A stretch of DNA of 64,000 nt from Histomonas meleagridis 2922-C6/04-290x. Taxonomy: Eukaryota; Protista; Parabasalia. The notes beneath the pieces were generated by a model. The model searched no databases. It was not told where the DNA came from and worked only from the letters and a program-made list of their open reading frames with translations. How positions within the stretch are numbered: position 1 is the stretch's first letter; each line of letters begins with the position of its first letter. The stretch spans positions 1 through 64,000 of the forward strand of contig JAANOX010000030.1 in the NCBI GenBank assembly GCA_020184695.1, given 5' to 3'. The translations under genes and the position numbers were made by a program. This document shows, piece after piece, positions 43,045 through 53,700 of the stretch.

Positions 43045-44506
43045 TTATTTAGTTAATAAATTAATTAGCTTTTGGTGTTTAAGTTTTTTTGCTATACTAA
43101 GTGGCGTTTCAGAAATTTTTAATAAATCCCAAATTATATTATGAAATATGATAATTTTAAATCAAATATCAAATAAAATAATTAAATATTTTCAATATTT
43201 TTATCAATACCATTTTGTTTAAGAAGGAATTGAACGATATCGACTTTCTTGACGAAAGTTGCCAATAAAAGAGCTGATTCTAATAAATTTATTGATCTCC
43301 AAATTATAATAATAAACAATAAATTATTCAAGAAAATTTTAAATATTATTTAATATCATTTTTATCGTTGATATCAATTACATTTAATTCAAGGAGAATT
43401 TTAACTATATCTTTTCTTCCAAATTGACAAGCATAAATGCTGTCACAAATCATTTGATTAATTCCCAAATTTCATTTTGAAATACGAAATTATCAAACCA
43501 AATATTAAATAATTTTAAAATACGTTTTTACTATTGATATCAAGATCTTTTATTTTAAGAAAGATTTGAACTATTTTTGTACGACCACTTACACATGCAT
43601 GCATGAATGCTGTCATAAAAATTTAAAATAAATTCCAAATATTATTTTGAAATCAGATAATATTTAAACAAATATTAAATAAAATATACAAATATCTTTA
43701 GCATTAATATCAAATTTATTTTGTTTAAGAAGTAATTTAACTACTTCTATGTGACCTTTTTCTGAAGCATACATTAATGCATTAATAAAAAAATTAAATG
43801 AATTCCAAATATTATTTTGAAACACGAAGGTGTTGTAAAATACATTCATTAATAAAAATAAATATCTGTACAATTCAAATCAATTCCATTTTGTTTAAGA
43901 AGTAATTCAACTACTTCAAGATGACCATTTTTACAGGCTTCTATAAATGCAGTTCTAAATAAAATGAAAAAACATTAAAAATTATTTTGATATTGAAAAT
44001 ATTTGAATTAATCGTCAAAAAAAATTTAATTACACCTTTAATATTAATGTCAACATCTTTGTATTTCAGAAGTAATTCTAGAATTTCAATATTGCCATGT
44101 TGAGCTGCAAAAATTATTGGTGTTTTAAATGATTTATATATATTTTAAATATTATTTTTAAACTCTATAACTTTGATATTAACGTATTTAATGTTAATTT
44201 TTAAATCTTTTCTTTCAAGAAACAACTTAACCATTTCAATATTCTCTTTCATTACAGCTGCTATTAATGGAACTTTAATAAAACATTAAAAACTTCAATT
44301 CCAAAACTAAAACATTAATTAAACTAAACAAACTTTAAACAAAACAAATAAACTCCTTTAAGATTAATATCAATATCAGGCATATTTAATAAAAGCTTAA
44401 CAATTTCTATATTGCCAGCTTCAGATGCATAAAGAATTGCAGGACAAAGTACTTTAAAAAAATTTCCAATAATTTATTTAAAACACATAAAAACTCAGGG
44501 AAAAAA
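43045..44506 (-). repeat. Ankyrin cassette array 2: nine cores separated by stacks of 3-4 twenty-nt units
   Basis: Core starts are at 44443, 44273, 44123, 43953, 43783, 43613, 43443, 43277 and 43107. The terminal core ends TAA at 43045. Confidence 0.9.
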
Positions 44507-45742
44507 CTCGTTATAATTAACATCTATTTCTTTTTTATCAAGAATATATTTTATAAGTTCAATATTTTCCGATTGTACAGCATAAGGTAAAATATCCACT
44601 GGAACTTGATCCTTTTCAATGAAATATTTAACAAGGAATAAGTTACCAATTTTTGCTGCTTTATTAATGACTTTACTAGTGATTTTCATTCCTTCTTCTT
44701 GTAAAAATGTAAGAATTTTATAATTATTACTTTTAACACATTGAAGTCCTAAGTAAATAAGTATTACATCATTGTCAGAAAATTTTTTCCTTATTTGATA
44801 ATCTACATGTAAATCCGAATTACTTTCCTTTAATTTCTCAATTTCATTTTCATAAAGATAATGAAACACATCATTTTGATGAAATCTTATTGAAGATTTA
44901 AAAGCATCTTTAATTGATTTTGTTTTTGGTAAACAAAGTTTTATAATTTCAAGATTTCCACCAGCAATCGCATATTTAGCTGTTATCATAGTTGCATTAT
45001 TATGTAATAAATATTTGAAACATTTAATTGATCCAAAAAATGCTGCATAATCAATTAATGAAACATTTTGTTGATTAATAAATGAACATATTTCATAAAG
45101 TGATGGTTCAATGCTTTGATCAAAATTAAATTTTTCTTGTGATGATATTTCTTGAAGTTTTTCGATTTCATCATTGCGAATTATTTTCGCGATTTCTGAT
45201 GTATTAACTCCTTCTTCGATATATTTCTTATGAAGTTCCCAATCGTTTTTGGAAAGTTCTTCTAAATTATCAACAAATTTATAAGAAAAATACTCTGAAG
45301 AATAAGTAATTTTAGCTTTATCTAATGATTTATAATGCGCAAAATATTTTGTGGTGAAGTTTTGAGTTAAACTAGAATCAATTAAATTATATTTTATCAT
45401 CTTCTCTATAAAATATAATGTTTCTTGTTTCTGATTTTGCGTTATAAATTTATAAAAAATTTCGATTATTTTGGGATCTATTTTTGTTTTTATTTCTTCT
45501 TCCTTTCTTTGTATAGATTTTAAATACCATAAATAAATATCTCCATCCCCTATTCGAGAGCAGAACAATGAAAAAATCAAATTACATATTACTTGGTTGA
45601 AAGAATATGGATAATTATTTAAATTAAATAAATTTATTGTTTGTTCAGTTTGTGTTTCAATATTTTCATTATTTAACCCGAATATTATGTTTTCGAGTGT
45701 ATAAAGGATCTGCAAACAATTTTTTTCATTTGAACCACTCAT
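44495..45742 (-). CDS. DUF3447-type ankyrin-repeat protein 2 (5' ORF; continues into array 2)
   Basis: Paralog of 4717-6012, with SLIDYAAFFGSIKCFKYL..YAIAGGNLEII. ATG at 45742. Confidence 0.85.
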   Translation of the reverse strand: MSGSNEKNCLQILYTLENIIFGLNNENIETQTEQTINLFNLNNYPYSFNQVICNLIFSLFCSRIGDGDIYLWYLKSIQRKEEEIKTKIDPKIIEIFYKFITQNQKQETLYFIEKMIKYNLIDSSLTQNFTTKYFAHYKSLDKAKITYSSEYFSYKFVDNLEELSKNDWELHKKYIEEGVNTSEIAKIIRNDEIEKLQEISSQEKFNFDQSIEPSLYEICSFINQQNVSLIDYAAFFGSIKCFKYLLHNNATMITAKYAIAGGNLEIIKLCLPKTKSIKDAFKSSIRFHQNDVFHYLYENEIEKLKESNSDLHVDYQIRKKFSDNDVILIYLGLQCVKSNNYKILTFLQEEGMKITSKVINKAAKIGNLFLVKYFIEKDQVPVDILPYAVQSENIELIKYILDKKEIDVNYNEFFP

Positions 45743-45834
45743 TTTTTTTATAATCAATTCGAGAAATTCAATAGGATTCTATTAAGAGGAAATAATGTTA
45801 CACCAACAGAAGAATCAACAAAAAATAAAAAAAA

Positions 45835-45907
45835 TGGTCCCGCAGGGACTTGAACCCTAGACCTTTGCGTTATCAGCACAACGCTCTACCGACTGAGCTA
45901 CGAGACC
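45835..45907 (-). tRNA. tRNA-Ile (anticodon GAU)
   Basis: 73-nt cloverleaf GGTCTCG..TTGTG-CT-GAT-AA-CGCAA..GGTTCAAGTCC..CGGGACCA, followed by a T-run (Pol III terminator-like). Confidence 0.95.
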
Positions 45908-46391
45908 TTGTTGAATAACTTAAAATCAATAATATCTTAATACATTATAATTACATTAGGATTAGTTTCAGGAATATGTATTATATATAATAAATTTTTT
46001 TAAGTGTGAAATGCATGAAGATATTTATAACATTAATTTGAATATATTTTTTTAAGAAAAACAGGACGTATACACATTTATAGGTGTATGTTGATCGTAG
46101 TGCATTTATAAATCAATTATATTAAATCAAATGATACCAATATCTCTAACATTAAAACAACGAGAAATTTATTATTCCATAATTGTTTTTTATTAGAAAG
46201 GATTAATAATTTAGGTAGAAAATTCGGTTGAAATTGGATGATGCACATTTTGTTAATGTATTTAATTAAACGATTATCAGATAATTCAAAAGAATTTGAA
46301 ATGTTTGAATATTCGTTATGTGCATCATTCTCTTATCAAAAATATTTTTAAGTTAAGAAAGTTATTACTTTCGAGTGAAGCTGTCTTTTTA

Positions 46392-49300
46392 TTAATTCGG
46401 ACTGTCCCATTTCCTCTTTCTTATTGATCCTTGGAAGTCTTTTTGCTCAGCCATCATCTTCCTATCTCTTTCGATGATTGCGTACATATCATTAATTCCG
46501 ATACCAGTCTTTTGTAAAATATGTTCTTGTTCACTTTCAGCAGTTTTCCTTCTAATATTTAACAAGAATTCTCTTACAGCCAAGAATGCCAAATTGCATG
46601 CTTCTTGTGATTTACCACCTTGTTCATTACAATGAGCGATCAACAATTCCATTGATGAAAAGACAATACCACAAACAGCTCTACCCATATATGGTGCAGG
46701 AATTTCCAAGTTCATGATAAACGGTCTCAACTTTTCTATCGCATCGACACCGCTGCTTAACGGTCGTATAACGTCCTCTCTGGCAGTTTTCGACAAAACC
46801 ATCTGACCGAATATGATGAATATGTTATCGGTGAACTTCTTGAGGAACCGTTTAAAGTCTCTTCTTAAGTCTACATAAGAATGATGTAAATCTCTAACGA
46901 TTTTGGTGTTCATATTATTTTCGACGTTTTTCATAAGGGCGATCATTCTTCTTCTTAACGAAGCGATTAAAATAGAAGAGTTCATGAATTGTTGTTCGAC
47001 AATAGATTCATTCGAAAGCTCAAGTGCAGCTCTATCAGAGTCAGACACAAGTACATAATGATTAAACGAAGCGATTGCCTTCGCTGCCTTATAGAATCCG
47101 GGCCTCGTTTGGTTGATCAATAAGAATGCGCCGAGTTTTGCTAACGAGTCAGAGTCGTGAGGATTAGCAATGACTGCTTCGATCTTCGATATGAACTCTT
47201 CGATAAATGGAAGGAATTGTTGGTCACGTTTCATGTCGTATGCAGCTTCTTCGATTAATGTCTTAAATGCGTCACGACATTTATGGAATGCTTCGTTACC
47301 GATTGATCCACTACTTTCATCAGATGCGAATTGTTGGAAGACAACCATTATACGCCATAGACGTAAGTTTAACTTGCGATATTTAAGCGCGTTCTCATGT
47401 TCGGTCTTACGTAATGACTTACGAATGTTTAACGCAAATTCGGTGGTTTGATTCGTTAACTTTGTTGTTGACTTAGTAATATCTTCGATCTTCATTGTGC
47501 CTTCAACTTCTTTATATGCATCTTTAGCAATGTCACATTTGTTAGCTAAGTCGCGAAGTTCTTCTGGTACATAAGATTCGAGTTTAAACGCTAACTCAAT
47601 AAGTGTTGAAGTTGAAGCTGTGGACATTTGTGAGATAAATCGTTGTAAGTCAATATGTGTTTGTGAGCCATTATATAATGGACCATTCTTTTCTAAATAT
47701 TCAATGATTGGTATTAATGCTTTAACACGTGGATCATTATCTGGGAATGCTGATAATTGTTGACGTAATTCATTCGCACAATTTAATGATTGATAAACAC
47801 TTTCTAATGCATTCTCACATCGAACAGAAGATGCTTCGGGGATTTCATTAGCATTTGTTGCATAATTACGTTCAATATCTGTCTTATAATCATTAAATGC
47901 ATTAATTAATGGTTGATGTGTACTCTTTTGTGCCATACCTAATAATTCATAAAAGATCTTTTGTAATGCTAATAAATCTTTGTTTGCATCTGAAATATTT
48001 TCAACTTTATGATCAAGTTTCTTAATAAGTTCGCGTGCATTCTTAATAAGTGGCCTTGGTTCTTTAGCTTGAATTTCTTTAACATTCTCTTCACTCATTG
48101 ATTTAACTAATTCAATTGGCTTGTTCTTCTTTAAGAAATCTTTAAATGAATGAATTGCTTTCTTTAAATAATGTTCGCCACTTTTATGTAAGGTAATCAA
48201 ATATTGACGATCACGTTCAGTCTTCTCAATATTTTCACATGACTGTGAAATGTTTTCGCTTAACTTTTGTAAATGTCGAATTGTACTTAATACTTCTTTC
48301 TTTCGACCAGCAAATAATTCGATGTTACCAATTCTACTTGTAAGTGCATCAATTTCTTTCTTAAGGTTTTGTATTGTTTCTTCACATGGTGACATTTCAT
48401 TTAACCAAAATGCATCGAATAATATCAAAAATGTTGCTCTAAATAATAACTTAAATTCAGGTCGAATTGGTAATATCGATGGACCTTCGCATTGTTTTTC
48501 TAAGTCCTTTGCAAGTTTATGTAATTTCTTCTTATAACTTGTAGCCTTTGTAACAAAACTCTTTTTAATGTTTTCTGCTTCTGCTGTTTGTGCATTTGCT
48601 GCTTCAATTTGTTTCTTTTGTTCAGAACTTCCCTTCTTAAGCATTTCTGCTTTATCCATCATAACAGATGAGTTAGCAATAAGGTTTTGTGCTTTAGCTG
48701 CAATCGATCGAATTTCACTTAACTTGGAAAGAATTTCTTTCTCTTCGCCATTATCAATGAATGCATAAAGACTACTGAAACATCGTAAAAGTGGTGGTAA
48801 TTCATTGTTATCTCTTTCATTGTTTTGCACATTGTTGATATATTCTTCTAATGGCTTATTAACACTACGTAATATGATAGAAGCAGCTTTTGTAACTGCG
48901 ATTTGTAGTTCGGTACGTGGGATGTCTGGATCTTGATTAAATGATGTAACATATGGAGGTATTTGTACTGCATCACGAACACTGCCACGACGTTCTGTGT
49001 GCTTCGCTTTAGTTCGCGCTTGTGGCGTCTTGAACCTGTTCATAAGGATTTCATGTAATTCTTTGGGCTTCTCAACATTTAATTGGATGTTATATTCGCC
49101 TTTTCCTGGAATTGAGTATTTGAATTTAATGCCAGTTTTCCCATCTAATGAAAGCTGTTTGATTTCGCTTATGTTGTATTGTGAAAGTAATGACGTGGAA
49201 TTTTGCTTGAAAACTCGTAATATGGAATAATTTAATGATACTGTAACTTTGTCTTTTTGTGGTTTCTTGCCTTCTGGACCCATAAGACGTTCACCATTGA

Positions 49301-50087
49301 CAACAAAGGATGAGAAATGTTGAAGTCCCATGATGTATTTATCGGCATCTTCATACTTGGTATCGGTTTCTTTAAGATTCTTATAAACAGAGGTAACATA
49401 CTTTAATGAATCCTTGAGGAATTTTGGATCATTTTGAAGAACTTTTGGAATGTTGGCTTTGATATCTTTTTCATATTGTGAACGATTAGCTGATTTGTAT
49501 GGACCATTGTTAATAAGTAAGATAAGGCCCATGATGTAATACATTTCCTTTGGTGTGCATGGATAGGCTGAATCAAGGAAATCTTGTACCAAAATGTCAA
49601 ATAAGGCAGGTGGTTGTGCTAATTGAAAAGATACCATGTCTGCAAATGGGACTTGCTCGGTGATGGAGGAATTCTTGTCAAGTTCTCTGGAACCCAAAGT
49701 TACAACGTAATACTTGGGATCAAGTAATTGGTTAGCAACACAAATCATTTGAAGAACTTCAGCAAAGTTATAAGTGTTTTGGATTTGCACTTGATGTGCT
49801 TTGTTATTTGGATCTTTGATTGTCAAGTTATACATAGCTGGCATTACGATAAATTTATGGTTTGCATGAAGTCCAAGATCAGCTAACACTTCAGATTGAT
49901 CCACAAATGTGTAATTTCTTTGCTCATTGATCATGAAAAGCTGAGCATTGGGTGGAATCTTGTCTGGATATTTGGAAATTGCAAAGTCCAGTACTGAGGC
50001 AGCTGTTTTCGAGGTGTCAGTGTCTAGCTGAATTTCATCGATTCCAAACTTTGGGAATGAAAGAATAATGGTTATCTTTTCACTCAT
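46392..50087 (-). CDS. Large protein with a FERM-like N-terminus and helical-bundle C-terminus (talin-like architecture, tentative)
   Basis: Two ubiquitin-like segments, a helical segment (YPCTPKEMYYIMGLILLINNGPY) and a PH-like segment (VSLNYSILRVF..LSQYNISEIKQ), then about 850 aa of amphipathic helices. ATG at 50087. Confidence 0.45.
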   Translation of the reverse strand: MSEKITIILSFPKFGIDEIQLDTDTSKTAASVLDFAISKYPDKIPPNAQLFMINEQRNYTFVDQSEVLADLGLHANHKFIVMPAMYNLTIKDPNNKAHQVQIQNTYNFAEVLQMICVANQLLDPKYYVVTLGSRELDKNSSITEQVPFADMVSFQLAQPPALFDILVQDFLDSAYPCTPKEMYYIMGLILLINNGPYKSANRSQYEKDIKANIPKVLQNDPKFLKDSLKYVTSVYKNLKETDTKYEDADKYIMGLQHFSSFVVNGERLMGPEGKKPQKDKVTVSLNYSILRVFKQNSTSLLSQYNISEIKQLSLDGKTGIKFKYSIPGKGEYNIQLNVEKPKELHEILMNRFKTPQARTKAKHTERRGSVRDAVQIPPYVTSFNQDPDIPRTELQIAVTKAASIILRSVNKPLEEYINNVQNNERDNNELPPLLRCFSSLYAFIDNGEEKEILSKLSEIRSIAAKAQNLIANSSVMMDKAEMLKKGSSEQKKQIEAANAQTAEAENIKKSFVTKATSYKKKLHKLAKDLEKQCEGPSILPIRPEFKLLFRATFLILFDAFWLNEMSPCEETIQNLKKEIDALTSRIGNIELFAGRKKEVLSTIRHLQKLSENISQSCENIEKTERDRQYLITLHKSGEHYLKKAIHSFKDFLKKNKPIELVKSMSEENVKEIQAKEPRPLIKNARELIKKLDHKVENISDANKDLLALQKIFYELLGMAQKSTHQPLINAFNDYKTDIERNYATNANEIPEASSVRCENALESVYQSLNCANELRQQLSAFPDNDPRVKALIPIIEYLEKNGPLYNGSQTHIDLQRFISQMSTASTSTLIELAFKLESYVPEELRDLANKCDIAKDAYKEVEGTMKIEDITKSTTKLTNQTTEFALNIRKSLRKTEHENALKYRKLNLRLWRIMVVFQQFASDESSGSIGNEAFHKCRDAFKTLIEEAAYDMKRDQQFLPFIEEFISKIEAVIANPHDSDSLAKLGAFLLINQTRPGFYKAAKAIASFNHYVLVSDSDRAALELSNESIVEQQFMNSSILIASLRRRMIALMKNVENNMNTKIVRDLHHSYVDLRRDFKRFLKKFTDNIFIIFGQMVLSKTAREDVIRPLSSGVDAIEKLRPFIMNLEIPAPYMGRAVCGIVFSSMELLIAHCNEQGGKSQEACNLAFLAVREFLLNIRRKTAESEQEHILQKTGIGINDMYAIIERDRKMMAEQKDFQGSIRKRKWDSPN

Positions 50088-50420
50088 ATTGACAACCGAT
50101 CTAACCGTAAACAACTTTTCTTTGAGTATTCGGTCATGTCATATTTGCGATCTCAAAAAGTTATTTGACAAGAACTTTTCAATTTCATCAATTCAAAAAA
50201 GTTCTATCGTTATCCTACGTCATTTGGTTCGTGGATGAAAGAGAATAAATTACCAAAATTGTTGGGTGCAAAATACTTAAATATTTAGCTCCCATCGAAG
50301 CCTAATGTTTATATGGGTAATACTTAACACTTAAATCAGGAACTTGAGATTTGTTATTAACCAATTTGGTGTGTTTAATATATATCATTAATTTCTATAT
50401 AAATAAAAAGAAATCAGCAA

Positions 50421-50493
50421 GGTCTCGTAGCTCAGTCGGTAGAGCGTTGTGCTGATAACGCAAAGGTCTAGGGTTCAAGTCCCTGCGGGACCA
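50421..50493 (+). tRNA. tRNA-Ile (anticodon GAU), identical copy
   Basis: Exact reverse complement of 45835-45907, followed by a T-run. Confidence 0.95.
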
Positions 50494-50738
50494 TTTTTTT
50501 ATTTTTTTAGTCGTCACTCGAAAATTTCATTTATCATGATAAACTTTTAATGAAAGTTAAAGTATATATCAAATCTACAATACATTTTGCTTTATATACA
50601 CAGCAAATACAAAACCTGTTTCGATATTTCTGTTAAATTCGACATCATGAATTCAAAGTTAAGCAAAATCTATTAAACAAGTCACTGATATTTATCGATT
50701 TTGATTCGGTTTCATCACAAAATTAATTTAATTATTTT

Positions 50739-53700
50739 TTAGAAATTCAATCTTCGCTCAAATTCTTCTAGTTCTTCATCCCTCAACACGAAGTTCTGTG
50801 GTTCCAACGACGACAATCTTTGTTCCATCTGATATTTCTTTGTCTTCTTTTCAGCCTTTGCCTTTGAGTGTGCGAACATATCGAACAGCGACGGCGCGTT
50901 TACCTTCTTATGCTCCATCTTTTGCTGCGGCTTTGCTTGCACGTTTGACCAAAATTGCAATTGTTCAGCGAATGGCTGATATACCACAGACTTTATTGAG
51001 TTAATTTGGTCTTGACACGATTCTTGTGAGTTTTCGGACAAAGATATCATTGGCACTGCCCATTTATGGTCTTGAATTATAACTTCACCACCTGTTGGAT
51101 ATTGTGGTATAATATTTTGTGAAATATTTCGAACATTTTTAGCTAAAATTTGTATTTTATCTTCTTCAGGTTCATTTTGATTTATACTTAAAGGAGTCAA
51201 ATCAGCGAATATTCCATCTTTCTTAGTGATTTTACCTGCTAATGCAATTAATGAACGTGCTACAGCATTATTATCTTCAATTGCTATTTTAATTATATCA
51301 ATGAAATAATTCGTAGCAACATCTTTATCAGTAGATGTGTTTAAGAATGATATTACTGATGCAAATGTAGCAGAACGTATTGCAGGAACTTTATTTTGTT
51401 GTGCTATAGCTTTATAATAAGGAGTAATTCTTTTAACTTCTTCAGGATCAGAATCCCAAATTTCTTTAGTGATTACATCGAGTAATTTTTCTGGTGTTAT
51501 AGTTTCTAATAAATATGAATTATCACCGAAATATTTAGAAAAGATTTCGGCATATTTAGCTTCGCCTGCAAATTCTGATTCACCAATAATTCGTGCACAA
51601 TCAAATACATTAATAACAGAATCATCTGATACAAATGTAGAATATGGATCGATAGAATGGAAAGCAGAAACTACTGAAAATATAATAGGTAACATCATAG
51701 ATAATGAGATAACTTTAACACTTTGTGAAATTGATGGTGGTAAATTATATATAATTGATGTTAAGAATAATGAAACATTTGAATCATTAAATGTAAATGG
51801 TAACATTTTAGCAACACTTAATAAATGTGGTGCGATTTGTTCTACTGTTGTAGCTGTTTTAGTATTAATGAATAATAATAAAACTTGTAATGCTAAATTA
51901 GATGATTCAGCATCAATTTTAACTAAATCAATGAATGTAGAAACAAATTGGAAGATATGCATTAATAATGATTCAGTACCATTATCTATGGATAATTGAG
52001 TAATTTTATATAATGCTACTAATATACTATGAATATATGGAAGGATTTCATTATGAATAATTTCATTCGATGGTGGAACCTTTTGATTTAATACTATATC
52101 AAGAGAATTCATTAATAATAATGAATCTTCAGGTGATGCATGATTTAATGTATATGAATATATAATACAACTTTCATAAGCTAATTTCAAATTACCACAA
52201 CCTGTAGCCCATTGTAATGCATCTTCTGACCATGAATTAATAGCATCTGGAAATACAATTTGTAATTGTTCAATTATTAAATTAATGATATCTTTAATAG
52301 ATACACATGTAGAAGAATCAGTGTTTGTATAAGATATTATAAAATCTTTATCAATGTTTATAGGATTAGGGAAACTTTCAAAGATTGCTTGTAATAAAGA
52401 TAATATTTGGATATGTAAAATATTTTTAGTATCATTCACAAATAATAAACAATAATGTATAATGATATGAATATATTGTAATAATAATGTAACATTAGAT
52501 AATACTATTTCATGTATAACATTTAATGATAATTCTGTCCAATTATATGGTGAATAAGGTCGATTAGATAATAGTTTAGTAGATGCAATATGATTATTAA
52601 ACCATGAAGCAAATGTTAATGGTTGTGTTAATATAGTTAATACTGAAGAAGTTTGTGTTTGTACTAAAGCTAAACATATGGTTTGTATTGCTGGAATATT
52701 TACTCCACCCGCTGCTATCATCACAAGAATTTGTAATAATGGTTTAACATTTTCTTGATTATTACATATTTCTATAAAGATACGTGTATAGTTTTGATAA
52801 TTTGATTTATTAATGTTTTGGAATTTTGATATTAAACTTGTTATAATAGAAAATGGAGTAAAAGTACTTTGTTGATTATAATTATTAGGTAAAGCTATTG
52901 GTGAATTTAAGTCAATTAATCGTGCAAATGGTGCGATAACATTTAATAATGTATCAATTGTTTGTGGATCAATAGAATCTTTTTCATCTTTTAATGTTAA
53001 GAAGTTTAATATTTCAGTGAATATACTATGTGATATAAATGGCATATTTTGTGCAATGATATTCGAGAATTCAAATAATTGTGTTGGTGATGGTGGAAAA
53101 CCTAAACCACTTAAATCGACTTTATGTTTAGCTATATAAGTATTAATAATTGATGAAGGTTTAATATCAGAAGGATCATTAAATGAACAAAAGATTGGTA
53201 ATATACGTCTTAATAATTGGAATGCTAATTTACGACTTTCTTCATTATTAGATGATAAATATACAAATGAAATTAATAATAATTTCCCTGTGTTTTCAAT
53301 ACATCTTTCATTTGATTTCTTATCAACTTCATTTAATATTTGTGTGTCATTTTCATATTTACCAACATATTGTTCGACAATTCCTTTAAAGAAGAATACG
53401 CCTCGAGATATATTAACATTTAATACATATTTGAAATAATGTTGGTATAGAATTGGATGATTTGTTAATACTTTACCAAATAAATGATTACCTTTTGAAT
53501 CTAATATTGCCAAAACTTTAAATATTTCTCCTTTAATATTATATTTATTGTCAAAGATTTCAACTGATTCTAATAATGATATTAAAGCTTCATTAACTTT
53601 AATATTAGATGGAATATTCTTCGATTTAAATAATGCAATTAATAATTCAAATGAATGTCTTCTTTCTTCTATTGGCCATAATTGTTCAGGTTTAATCCAA

